The position numbers and the translations under genes were made by a program. This document shows, piece after piece, positions 1 to 8,356 of a stretch of DNA of 24,194 nt. Under the pieces are notes generated by a model. The model saw only the letters and a list, made by a program, of their open reading frames with translations. It did not search any database and was not told where the DNA came from. Numbering within the stretch: position 1 is the first letter of the stretch; each line of letters starts with the position of its first letter. The stretch is taken from positions 1-24,194 of IMG/VR virus record IMGVR_UViG_3300048672_000736. One strand, given 5' to 3'. The DNA is from a virus. Taxonomy: Duplodnaviria; Caudoviricetes.

Positions 1-1
1 A

Positions 2-547
2 TTAAAAGATGCTTATTGGTTATATATTCAACAATTTTGGTTATTAATTAAACCTAAGATTGTAAATATTATTATAAGTTTGGTTAGTAAAATATTAGTT
101 AAATCACAAAGCAGATATTTGAAGATAATTAAATCGTTAATTAATTTAATTAAAATTAATCTTTTGAATTTAAAATTTGATAATTGTAATGCTTTATATT
201 CAATTATTGTGAAATTATTTTCTAGTTTGCGTATTGGCATGAAGCAAAGAATCCCCGGGCTTTTATTGTTATTTTCACAAACATTGCCGGGATATTCGCA
301 AGATAGAGCTTTGGTTAATATTGGTTTATTATTGGAAAAAAATGGTATTCAAACAGGCCCAATGTACGGTCAACCAAACAATGTAATGAATTTTGTTTCA
401 TCAATTATTGATGGTCACATGCAAGAAATTGATGAAAATAGTTTTGTTCAAATTGCATTGGAATATGGTCAATTACCAGTTCCACCGGGTGGAGGTACAG
501 CAACAATTGTTCCCGGATTAATAAAAGGTGTAGGTAAACTAACTTAA
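2..547 (+). CDS. 5'-truncated phage protein, probably virion/baseplate-region
   Basis: Frame 2 is open from the window start (LKDAYWLYIQQFW...), upstream of the TTG called at 80, so the true start lies outside the window. It is tightly coupled to the downstream structural-like genes. Confidence 0.6.
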   Translation, partial: LKDAYWLYIQQFWLLIKPKIVNIIISLVSKILVKSQSRYLKIIKSLINLIKINLLNLKFDNCNALYSIIVKLFSSLRIGMKQRIPGLLLLFSQTLPGYSQDRALVNIGLLLEKNGIQTGPMYGQPNNVMNFVSSIIDGHMQEIDENSFVQIALEYGQLPVPPGGGTATIVPGLIKGVGKLT

Positions 548-549
548 TT

Positions 550-750
550 ATGAATGAAATTGAAAAAATAAAAGAGATATATTCAAATCCAAGTGATTTT
601 AATAATAAAGAATTACTTGATGCTTTAACAATCTTAAATCAAGAATATGAAAAAACAAAATATCTTATTATTGATTTAACAAAACATTTGGATACATTGG
701 AAGAACATTATCAAAAAATACAAAAAGAATATGTTTTAAGAAATGGGTGA
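550..750 (+). CDS. small coiled-coil hypothetical protein (66 aa)
   Basis: ATG 2 nt after the previous stop; heptad-like L/I pattern; overlaps the next start. Confidence 0.75.
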   Translation: MNEIEKIKEIYSNPSDFNNKELLDALTILNQEYEKTKYLIIDLTKHLDTLEEHYQKIQKEYVLRNG

Positions 751-2176
751 ATTAAAAATAATAACAATTGGTCGTGTAATTGATAATAATGACCCGAAAA
801 ATATTGGTAGAATTAGGGTATCAACATATTCTGATTTCAATTCAGTTAAAGAAAACTTTCAAACAACATGGAATGAATGGGACAGAAATGACCCATTTAT
901 GTTTATACCATTATTACCAACACATATAAACATTGTTCCTGAAATAAATCAAAGCGTTATGATTATTCGTTTTGACCCAACACAGGAATCACATAATCAA
1001 TTATATATTCCCGGGCCATATACAACATCATTTGATTTTAATCATCAAACATTCTCACAACAAACAACAAATACATCTTTTGGTATTGTTTCCAAAGAAA
1101 AGCCAAATATTAAGAATATCACAAAGACAAATTATGATTTTGTTAAGAAGGAATCAATTGGTTCATTACCAAAAATATCTGACATTTCATTAAATGGAAG
1201 ATATGGCTCAAATGTTGTGTTAACTGATTCAGGTTTTATGTTATGGGCTGGTAGATTGGTATCAAAAGAAACTGCAACAAAAGAACAAATTAAAGTTTTA
1301 AGTGATTATCCAATAAAATCCAAAAAATCCGGGGGGTTATATCTTAAAAAATTCTCAAAAACATATTCTTTACAACAACAGGAAAGAAAACAAAAAAATG
1401 AAAATATTTCAATTATCAACACATTAATTGAATATGATGTTGATTCATTAACAAATCCTTCCAAAGTAACAATTTCAATATTTAAAAATATTGATAACTC
1501 AATAACAACTAAAAGTATTGATATTAATTCATCATTTCCAATGGTGAATAAAGATAATTTAGATGTGGTATTATCAACCAATGATAGAATAACTGAAGCT
1601 TATGTTGAAATAAGAAATACAATAAATGATTTATTATCAAACGAAACAATATATCCAGTTTATTTTAGACCAAAATTATCTTTAAGAAAATTGAAAAATT
1701 CAAATAAAGATATTATATTTAATAATGTTATTGTTAATGATATTAAAACCAATGGTCTTATATATTCATTGGAAAATAATGATGTTATTAATGATGAAAC
1801 AACAATTATTGAAGATGTTTTGGTTGAGGATTCAAATAATGATAATGTATTGGGTGCATTAATAACTGATGAATTTTATATGTTATCACAATCATCAACA
1901 AACCCAAGAGTTAATTCAATTGATTTCGATTCATTGGATAATTATGAATTAACACAAGATGATTATTTGAAGAAAATAAAACCAAAAACATATTCAATGG
2001 TAAGAGGTGAAAATTTAATTGATTTACTTAGGTTAATTGTTTCAATTCTTTTAGACCATAATCACAATATTGGTATTGAAGGAACATTATGTGATTTAAC
2101 AACAAAAAATAAATTGAATGAATTGATGAGAATTATCAATGATGATTTAATTAATAAAAATTTAAGAATAAATTAA
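743..2176 (+). CDS. putative baseplate central spike/hub protein (gp5/gpV-like OB-fold N-terminus)
   Basis: N-terminal GRVIDNNDPKNIGRIRV...P.LP...PEINQSV resembles the gp5/VgrG/gpV OB-fold start. C-terminal VRGENL...LLDHNH has the HxH metal-binding tip motif of gpV-type spikes. Confidence 0.6.
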   Translation: MGELKIITIGRVIDNNDPKNIGRIRVSTYSDFNSVKENFQTTWNEWDRNDPFMFIPLLPTHINIVPEINQSVMIIRFDPTQESHNQLYIPGPYTTSFDFNHQTFSQQTTNTSFGIVSKEKPNIKNITKTNYDFVKKESIGSLPKISDISLNGRYGSNVVLTDSGFMLWAGRLVSKETATKEQIKVLSDYPIKSKKSGGLYLKKFSKTYSLQQQERKQKNENISIINTLIEYDVDSLTNPSKVTISIFKNIDNSITTKSIDINSSFPMVNKDNLDVVLSTNDRITEAYVEIRNTINDLLSNETIYPVYFRPKLSLRKLKNSNKDIIFNNVIVNDIKTNGLIYSLENNDVINDETTIIEDVLVEDSNNDNVLGALITDEFYMLSQSSTNPRVNSIDFDSLDNYELTQDDYLKKIKPKTYSMVRGENLIDLLRLIVSILLDHNHNIGIEGTLCDLTTKNKLNELMRIINDDLINKNLRIN

Positions 2177-2177
2177 A

Positions 2178-3500
2178 ATGAGTTACTTTAGAAGTTATTT
2201 AGAAAAAAATAACACAATTATTAAAAATTCAAAATTGAATCAAGCAAAATCACCAACAACTGAATTATTTTATGGTGATGGTTTTAGTAGATATATATTC
2301 AAAATTGATTTTCAACCACTAATTGAAAAATTAAATAATAAAGAATATATACTGACATCAAATACCAAACATATATTAAAGTTTTATAATACAGTTCTTG
2401 ATGATACACTTGGCTCAATAAAAACCAATGGAAATAAAAGAGCAACAAGTTTTGATTTAATTGTTTTTAAAATAAATGAAAGTTGGGATGAAGGTGTTGG
2501 TTTTAATAATGAAATAAATGTTAATTATAAACCATCAAATTGGTTCAATAAAACAACATTGAATACATGGGATGTTCAAGGCATATATCAAAGTCCTGAT
2601 ATTATAACAACAATCCATTTTGATAACGGTAATGAAGATATTAATATTGATTTAACAGACTATGTAAATGATGTGCTTGATAATAATATTATTGATTATG
2701 GTTTGGGTATTGCATTTAGTGTTAATTTTGAAACATTACCCCAAACAACAAAAAATTCAGTGGCATTTTTTACGAAATATACACAAACATATTTTGAACC
2801 ATATCTTGAAACAGAATTTGATGATTTAATTATTGATAATAGAAAAAAATTCAATATTAATAAACAACAAACATTGTATTTATATACCAAATTTGAAAAT
2901 GAATCTGAACCAATTAATTTAGATGAATTGCCAATTGTTGATATTCTTAATCAAGATATTGAAATAATTTTATCAGGACTAACTGCTTACCAAGTCCAAA
3001 ATGGTGTATATGCTGTTGATGTTAATATTAATGAAAATTGTGATGGTGAAACATTCTTTTTTGATATATGGAAAAATATTAAATATAACAACATTTCATT
3101 TGATAATATAATACAAAAGTTTATACCTCAAAAACCATCAATATCTTCGATTTCTGACACGAAAAACATTGGGCAATATAATTTATCCATTAATGGTATT
3201 TTAATGTCTGAGAACGTAAAGAAAGGTGGTTTAAGGGTGGTATTTGTTGACCTATATAATGATTTAAAAGAGAAAGTTAAAAATGAGAATGTTTTTTATC
3301 GTTTATATGTTGAAGAAGGGAAAACTCAGGTGATTGTTCATGACTGGACGCAATTAAATTTCAATGATTCGAATTATTTTAATCTTGATACAACATATTT
3401 AATTCCACATGATTATTTTATTGAAATAAAATATGAAATGAATAAAAATGTTTATATCTTTGATAAAAAATTAAAATTTAGGGTAATCAATGAAAAATAA
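2178..3500 (+). CDS. putative virion structural protein, DNRLRE-like N-terminal domain plus beta-rich C-terminal domains
   Basis: SRYIFKIDF, ESWDEG, SNW, IDLTDYVN, YGLGI and FFT...EPYLE follow the pattern of DNRLRE-type beta-sandwich domains (recognised by eye). Coupled to the spike gene. Confidence 0.45.
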   Translation: MSYFRSYLEKNNTIIKNSKLNQAKSPTTELFYGDGFSRYIFKIDFQPLIEKLNNKEYILTSNTKHILKFYNTVLDDTLGSIKTNGNKRATSFDLIVFKINESWDEGVGFNNEINVNYKPSNWFNKTTLNTWDVQGIYQSPDIITTIHFDNGNEDINIDLTDYVNDVLDNNIIDYGLGIAFSVNFETLPQTTKNSVAFFTKYTQTYFEPYLETEFDDLIIDNRKKFNINKQQTLYLYTKFENESEPINLDELPIVDILNQDIEIILSGLTAYQVQNGVYAVDVNINENCDGETFFFDIWKNIKYNNISFDNIIQKFIPQKPSISSISDTKNIGQYNLSINGILMSENVKKGGLRVVFVDLYNDLKEKVKNENVFYRLYVEEGKTQVIVHDWTQLNFNDSNYFNLDTTYLIPHDYFIEIKYEMNKNVYIFDKKLKFRVINEK

Positions 3501-3612
3501 ATTTTATTATTGTAAAATTCAGATTGAAGGTGGTAAAAAATGCAAAATTCAATGTGAAGATTGTTTAAAATATTATTATCCATTGGAAAAACAAATTAAA
3601 GAAGATAAATAA
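3490..3612 (+). CDS. 40-aa Cys4 microprotein (not in ORF track)
   Basis: MKNKFYYCKIQIEGGKKCKIQCEDCLKYYYPLEKQIKEDK*; overlaps the upstream gene end and stops 2 nt before a hairpin terminator. Confidence 0.65.
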   Translation: MKNKFYYCKIQIEGGKKCKIQCEDCLKYYYPLEKQIKEDK

Positions 3613-3614
3613 GC

Positions 3615-3642
3615 AAATCCCCCGAAATTTTTGGGGGATTTT
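3615..3642 (+). terminator. hairpin repeat copy 1, intrinsic terminator
   Basis: AAATCCCCCGAAATTTTTGGGGGATTTT; inverted repeat with one G-U pair, followed by a T tract. Confidence 0.8.
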
Positions 3643-3660
3643 ATATTGAAATATAAAAAT

Positions 3661-4017
3661 ATGATTAATTTTGATAAATATATTATTGAAAATAAATTAA
3701 ATGATTTAAAACTTAAAGAACATTTAATTTATTATGATGGCGCATTATTATCACATTATATTGATGAAGTTAATTTAAATTATTTTTATCTTTATGTTGA
3801 TTTTGAACCAAAAGTTAACAGATGGTTAATTTTTAAAGTTGAAGAAAAAGATATTGAACCTTATTTGAATGGTGAAATATCTTTATTAACTTTAATTCTT
3901 GGTAATGAGAAACTAATTCTGTGTGATGAATTTTTTGATAGAAATGTTTATTATGAAATTGATTTATCATTAATGCCTGATGATTATTATCCTGATGTAA
4001 ATAGTTTTTATATTTAG
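3661..4017 (+). CDS. hypothetical protein resembling the DUF6575 family
   Basis: LIYYDGALLSHY...YVD...RWLIFKV...YLNGEISL...PDDYYP pattern, family recalled from memory. ATG at 3661 is preferred because the TTG at 3631 lies inside the hairpin. Confidence 0.55.
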   Translation: MINFDKYIIENKLNDLKLKEHLIYYDGALLSHYIDEVNLNYFYLYVDFEPKVNRWLIFKVEEKDIEPYLNGEISLLTLILGNEKLILCDEFFDRNVYYEIDLSLMPDDYYPDVNSFYI

Positions 4018-4019
4018 AA

Positions 4020-4051
4020 TTTGTTTTATTAATTATTCTTTATTACATTTG
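4020..4051 (+). promoter_or_regulatory. Bacteroidota sigma-A type promoter (-33 TTTG, -7 TAnnTTTG)
   Basis: TTTG at 4020-4023, 20-nt spacer, TACATTTG at 4044-4051, 25 nt before the ATG at 4077. Confidence 0.75.
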
Positions 4052-4076
4052 TGATGTAAACTAAACAACAAGAAAT

Positions 4077-4301
4077 ATGTTAAAAGAACTAATCAAAAAT
4101 GATGAAACATATAATAACTTTATTTTTGAAAAGAATGAAAAGATATTAAAAATTTCACATCATTCATTTTATCGTTATTCTGGAATATCAACGGTTAATA
4201 AAGATGGAAAAGAAAAACATTTAACCGAAACTGTTGAAGTAACAAATGAAATGTGGTTGAATAACTACATTAAATTAATCATCGAATCTTATTTTAATTA
4301 A
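4077..4301 (+). CDS. hypothetical protein (74 aa)
   Basis: ATG ORF with its own promoter upstream and a hairpin terminator downstream. Confidence 0.75.
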   Translation: MLKELIKNDETYNNFIFEKNEKILKISHHSFYRYSGISTVNKDGKEKHLTETVEVTNEMWLNNYIKLIIESYFN

Positions 4302-4308
4302 TCTTAAC

Positions 4309-4335
4309 AATCCCCCGAAATTTTCGGGGGATTTT
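4309..4335 (+). terminator. hairpin repeat copy 2, intrinsic terminator
   Basis: AATCCCCCGAAATTTTCGGGGGATTTT; perfect inverted repeat. Confidence 0.8.
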
Positions 4336-4343
4336 ATAATATC

Positions 4344-5135
4344 ATGAAAAAATCAACAATCCAATTCGCAATCACTTCTTTATGTAAAGAAATTAAGAAT
4401 ATTATCACTTTCTCAATTGATAATAATGATATATTGACAAATGAAATGAAAAATAAATTATATAATGATAGTGAAGTATTATTATCTTATATTAATTTAA
4501 TTAATGATGACAATTCTGATTTAAAATCAATAGTAATGCAATCATTATCATTTATTAAAGGTGATTTAGAATATATAAAAGAAAAAGATGAGTCAATTAT
4601 TGATGGGTTAAAGGAACGAATTATAAATCATTGTAATTATATTATTAAACTATTCAATGAATACAAAATTGTTTCAAAAACTATTGAAATATGGGAAAAA
4701 TCTGATTTGAATTCTGAATTGGAAAATGGTGAAAAAAGTGGATTTATTGAAAATTTTAATCCAGAAGAATTTAAATTGGATTTAAAAAAAGGGTTAACTA
4801 TTAATGAAAGAGTTATTCAATGGTTAACAAATGGTGATACTGGTTTATCATCAAAATCTATGTTATATATTCTTTCAGACAGAAAATACGCATTCCAAAA
4901 AACATTTGAAAAATTCGGATTATGTCTACCAAATGATTCAGATGATTTTGGAAGATGTTATAGATTGATAAAACTTATTCCAGAATTAAAAGAAAATTTT
5001 GATAAATTAAGTGATGTTTCACCAAATTGGGAACTTTTTGTTGATAACTGGGAAAAACTTTCACATTTATATGAAAATAATGAGCATGATAAGGTTTATA
5101 ATTTATTAGATATAATTAATTTAAAAATTATATAG
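4344..5135 (+). CDS. two-domain hypothetical protein with a conserved-looking phage C-terminal domain
   Basis: C-terminal QWLTNGDTGLSS...PNDSDDFGRCYRLIKLIPE...W...W.KL..LY pattern, which I recall from uncharacterised phage/prophage proteins. The N-terminal half looks helical. Confidence 0.7.
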   Translation: MKKSTIQFAITSLCKEIKNIITFSIDNNDILTNEMKNKLYNDSEVLLSYINLINDDNSDLKSIVMQSLSFIKGDLEYIKEKDESIIDGLKERIINHCNYIIKLFNEYKIVSKTIEIWEKSDLNSELENGEKSGFIENFNPEEFKLDLKKGLTINERVIQWLTNGDTGLSSKSMLYILSDRKYAFQKTFEKFGLCLPNDSDDFGRCYRLIKLIPELKENFDKLSDVSPNWELFVDNWEKLSHLYENNEHDKVYNLLDIINLKII

Positions 5136-5149
5136 AAAAATACATTGAT

Positions 5150-5356
5150 ATGATAGTTGAAAGAATTGGTTATAAAAAAATATGTGATTTGGAAGATTTA
5201 AAACATTTTTCAATATATGAAACAAATAAGAAAACCAATATATTAATTCTTGATACATCAATAAGCCAAGGTTATTTATATTATCCAAAATATGATAGAT
5301 TACCTTGGAAAATAATTGAAGGTAAAAAAATATGCATCAATAAAAAAGATATTTGA
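5150..5356 (+). CDS. hypothetical protein, possibly frameshifted and truly extending to 5447
   Basis: 68-aa ORF; the +1 frame after the A7 run at 5324-5330 stays open to a TGA that overlaps the kptA ATG. Confidence 0.55.
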   Translation: MIVERIGYKKICDLEDLKHFSIYETNKKTNILILDTSISQGYLYYPKYDRLPWKIIEGKKICINKKDI

Positions 5357-5443
5357 CTCAAATATTGATTCTATTGAAAATATTGATTTTTCAAAATGGA
5401 ATAATGGAAATCAAATAATGTCATATAAAGAATTTACAACATT

Positions 5444-5971
5444 ATGAAAGAAATAAGCAAACTATTATCCAAAGTTTTAAGACATCAACCTCAATTAATT
5501 GGAATAAGATTGGATTCACATGGTTGGGTTGATGTTGATACATTATTAAATCAATTAAGAATTAATAAAATATTTTTATCATTTGATGAACTTCAAGAAA
5601 TTGTTGAATCCAATGATAAACAAAGATTTATCTTTAATAGTGATTTAACAAGAATTAAAGCTCAACAAGGTCATTCAGTTAATGTTGAATTGGAATTGTT
5701 ACCAGAATTTCCCCCGGAAATATTATATCATGGAACAGCAGAACAATTTGTTGATGTTATAATGAAAGAAGGTTTGAAAAAAATGAAACGACATCATGTT
5801 CATTTATCTCAAACCATTGAAACCGCAACAAAAGTTGGTTCAAGAAGAGGAAAACCAACAATTTTAAAAATTAAATCATTGGATATGCACAATGATGGTT
5901 ATTTGTTTTTTAAAACAAATAATAATGTTTGGTTAACAGATAATGTTCCATTAAAATATATTGAATTATGA
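5444..5971 (+). CDS. kptA: NAD-dependent RNA 2'-phosphotransferase, Tpt1/KptA family
   Basis: SKLLSKVLRH, GWV, DKQRF, IKAQQGHS, LYHGT, GLKKMKRHHVHLS, NNVWL motifs; the catalytic Arg/His residues appear intact. Confidence 0.95.
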   Translation: MKEISKLLSKVLRHQPQLIGIRLDSHGWVDVDTLLNQLRINKIFLSFDELQEIVESNDKQRFIFNSDLTRIKAQQGHSVNVELELLPEFPPEILYHGTAEQFVDVIMKEGLKKMKRHHVHLSQTIETATKVGSRRGKPTILKIKSLDMHNDGYLFFKTNNNVWLTDNVPLKYIEL

Positions 5972-6387
5972 AAACTTATCTTAGTGATGATGGTAAATAT
6001 GTATCAGAAAAACCTGAATTTTATGTTTTGGGGTATGACATTAATGGTGAAAGAATTTTAAATAATTCATTGATATTCACATTTTATGGTGAGTTTGAAA
6101 AACCAAATGATTTTACAGGAATTTATACATTAAATAATTCTGTTGTCACAAATCAAGATGAATATAAATGGTTTTTTAGGTTTCTTTTTAAAAGTTATTC
6201 ACAAAATATCCCAAAAATAAATATTGGTGATATTGTATATTATGATTTCGGTAATTATCAAGAAAGATTTGTTGTAACAAATATCTTTAATCATTTATTT
6301 ATTGAAATCAAAAAAGCTTATGGTATTGAAGGTCGTGGAAAAGGCAAATACGTTCCAATATTTAGATTAAAAAAAAATGATATATAA
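5968..6387 (+). CDS. hypothetical protein, possible C-terminal SH3/KOW-like barrel
   Basis: ATGA overlap with kptA; KINIGDIVYY...FVVTNI motif near the C-terminus. Confidence 0.7.
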   Translation: MKTYLSDDGKYVSEKPEFYVLGYDINGERILNNSLIFTFYGEFEKPNDFTGIYTLNNSVVTNQDEYKWFFRFLFKSYSQNIPKINIGDIVYYDFGNYQERFVVTNIFNHLFIEIKKAYGIEGRGKGKYVPIFRLKKNDI

Positions 6388-6389
6388 AC

Positions 6390-6539
6390 ATGGATGAGAC
6401 ATTAAAAAATGTAAATAAGTATTATACTGATGCAATAAACAGCATCGATAAAAATGAATTGAAAAAAATCATACATGAAGTTAATTTATTAACAACATCA
6501 CCAAATAAAATAACGATTAAAGAATATATTACAAAATAA
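6390..6539 (+). CDS. 49-aa hypothetical protein (not in ORF track)
   Basis: MDETLKNVNKYYTDAINSIDKNELKKIIHEVNLLTTSPNKITIKEYITK*; starts 2 nt after the previous stop and ends at the terminator. Confidence 0.65.
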   Translation: MDETLKNVNKYYTDAINSIDKNELKKIIHEVNLLTTSPNKITIKEYITK

Positions 6540-6569
6540 TAAAACCCCCGAAATTTTCGGGGGTTTTAT
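6539..6569. terminator. hairpin repeat copy 3, bidirectional terminator between convergent operons
   Basis: ATAAAACCCCCGAAATTTTCGGGGGTTTTAT; perfect inverted repeat with A/T tracts on both sides. Confidence 0.85.
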
Positions 6570-6589
6570 GTTATAAACAAACTATCCTA

Positions 6590-8320
6590 TTATCTTAAAA
6601 CATCATTGTTGAATGTTTGGATACCTGCCACTGTGATTACACCATAGTAACGGTTGTTAACCATTTTCTTAGCGTATCTCGTGCTAACACCTTTTACTGG
6701 TGTCATAGTGAACGGGTTAGTCATTGTTGGTGTTAATTGTAATGGCACGTATGGTGCATATACATAACCTGCATCCAATAATGATTTTCCTTTGTGTCCA
6801 ATCAAAATTTTATTTGGTGGGAAATAAGGGTCTCTATAAACTTGGTATCTACCAGCTAATGTACCCATTCTTTCAATACCCATGTTATATGAATCTTGTT
6901 CTGGACCAGCATTAGAAACGTGGAAGTATTGCAAGTCATCAAATACAGCCGAAACTTCACTTGATACAACAATCCAGTTTGCACCACCTTTTAAAGTAGT
7001 TTTGTGGATTTGAGCTGAAACTTGGTTGATTTTAGTAATCAATGTTTGATTCCAGTCTTTTTGTGTATAACCTTGAAGTGTAGCACCTGATGTACCACCA
7101 TATCTCCAACCATTATAATCCCATTTAGCAGACCAAGCGGCCCCTTTACGTAAATCTCTAAGGATTTCACGGTCAATCTCAGCAGAAACTTGTTCAGCTA
7201 ACATTGCTGTTAACTCAGCTTCAGCATCAATATTTTGGAACGCACTAACGTCTTGTGCCAATTGTGGAGACCATACAGCTCTTAAACGTCTTTCAGTAAC
7301 GTCAATAGTCACTGATTGCAAGTCGAATGAAACTTCACCAATTTCATCTTCAAATTCCAAGTTTTGATATTGTCTATATTCAACAGTGAATGCAGAACCT
7401 GACAATGTAGCACCAGTTACAGTCATTGGTGCATAACCTGAAGTTGGTGAATATGATTCTAAGTCAACTTGGATATAGATTTGACCAGCTTCATCACAAA
7501 TGTCCCAATATTTTGAACCAGTTACAGATGAAGTTGATTTTTTACCATATTCAACGATTGATTTACCATATTTTTGAGTAACAACGTTACCTTGTAATGT
7601 AACACCATTCAATTTGATTGTTAATGATGCTAAGAATTCTTCTGAATCCATTTCATTACCATTTGGGCCAATCAATTTACCTTGACCTTCAGTTGAGAAA
7701 CCAGTTACTTTCAAGATTACACTTGATAATGTTGAACCAGTTGCGTATGAAGTTACAGTTTCAGTACCAGCCGAGAACGTAACTAATGACAATGATGAAC
7801 CAGTCAATGCAATTGTTGAATATTTACCTTTTGAGTAATCAAACAAACCTTGACTAACATCATCACTATTTTCATAGAAACGGTCATATAATGTTCTTTG
7901 GTCGCCAGTTGAATAACCATCATCAATTGAACCACTATATCCCGGTGTACCATATTGTGGATAATGCGCACCGTTATTTCTATTTTGAATTTTAGGTAAG
8001 AAATAGAAAATTTTACCGATTGGCATGTTTAATGCTTGAACTGAAACAATGTCATTAGCCAATAATTTTGAGAAAACTCTACGAATGATTGGGAAAACAA
8101 CAGTTTCAAAACTACCTGAAGCATCACTTACTGTTGCTTCATTGATTAAATATGTTGCTTGGTTTTCGTATAATTGAGCAATAGTTTCTTTTTGATAGTT
8201 ATCTTTAAGGTTTTCTAAAAACCCCAATGAATCCCATTTCGACAAAGTATCTTCTTTAATAACACTGAAGTGTTTTGCTCCAATGTTACCTACTAAGCCT
8301 GACTCTAATAATGCACCCAT
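6590..8320 (-). CDS. gp23: major capsid protein, T4 gp23-like
   Basis: FPIIRRVFSKLLANDIVSVQALNMPIG, RRLRAVWSPQLAQDV.AFQNIDAEAEL..ML.EQ..AEIDREI, VYAPYVPL and PVKGVSTRYAK motifs; N-terminal propeptide ending at about LINE|A. Confidence 0.95.
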   Translation of the reverse strand: MGALLESGLVGNIGAKHFSVIKEDTLSKWDSLGFLENLKDNYQKETIAQLYENQATYLINEATVSDASGSFETVVFPIIRRVFSKLLANDIVSVQALNMPIGKIFYFLPKIQNRNNGAHYPQYGTPGYSGSIDDGYSTGDQRTLYDRFYENSDDVSQGLFDYSKGKYSTIALTGSSLSLVTFSAGTETVTSYATGSTLSSVILKVTGFSTEGQGKLIGPNGNEMDSEEFLASLTIKLNGVTLQGNVVTQKYGKSIVEYGKKSTSSVTGSKYWDICDEAGQIYIQVDLESYSPTSGYAPMTVTGATLSGSAFTVEYRQYQNLEFEDEIGEVSFDLQSVTIDVTERRLRAVWSPQLAQDVSAFQNIDAEAELTAMLAEQVSAEIDREILRDLRKGAAWSAKWDYNGWRYGGTSGATLQGYTQKDWNQTLITKINQVSAQIHKTTLKGGANWIVVSSEVSAVFDDLQYFHVSNAGPEQDSYNMGIERMGTLAGRYQVYRDPYFPPNKILIGHKGKSLLDAGYVYAPYVPLQLTPTMTNPFTMTPVKGVSTRYAKKMVNNRYYGVITVAGIQTFNNDVLR

Positions 8321-8356
8321 TTAATTTATTTTAATTATTTAATTTTTATTTTTTTA

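Noticed and set aside
3631-3660. TTG start at 3631
   Set aside because: It lies inside the terminator hairpin; the ATG at 3661 has an A-rich leader.
28-6915. Nested ORFs 28-240, 972-1193, 1306-1581, 2696-2890 and 6724-6915
   Set aside because: They overlap longer credible genes and have composition typical of off-frame translation.
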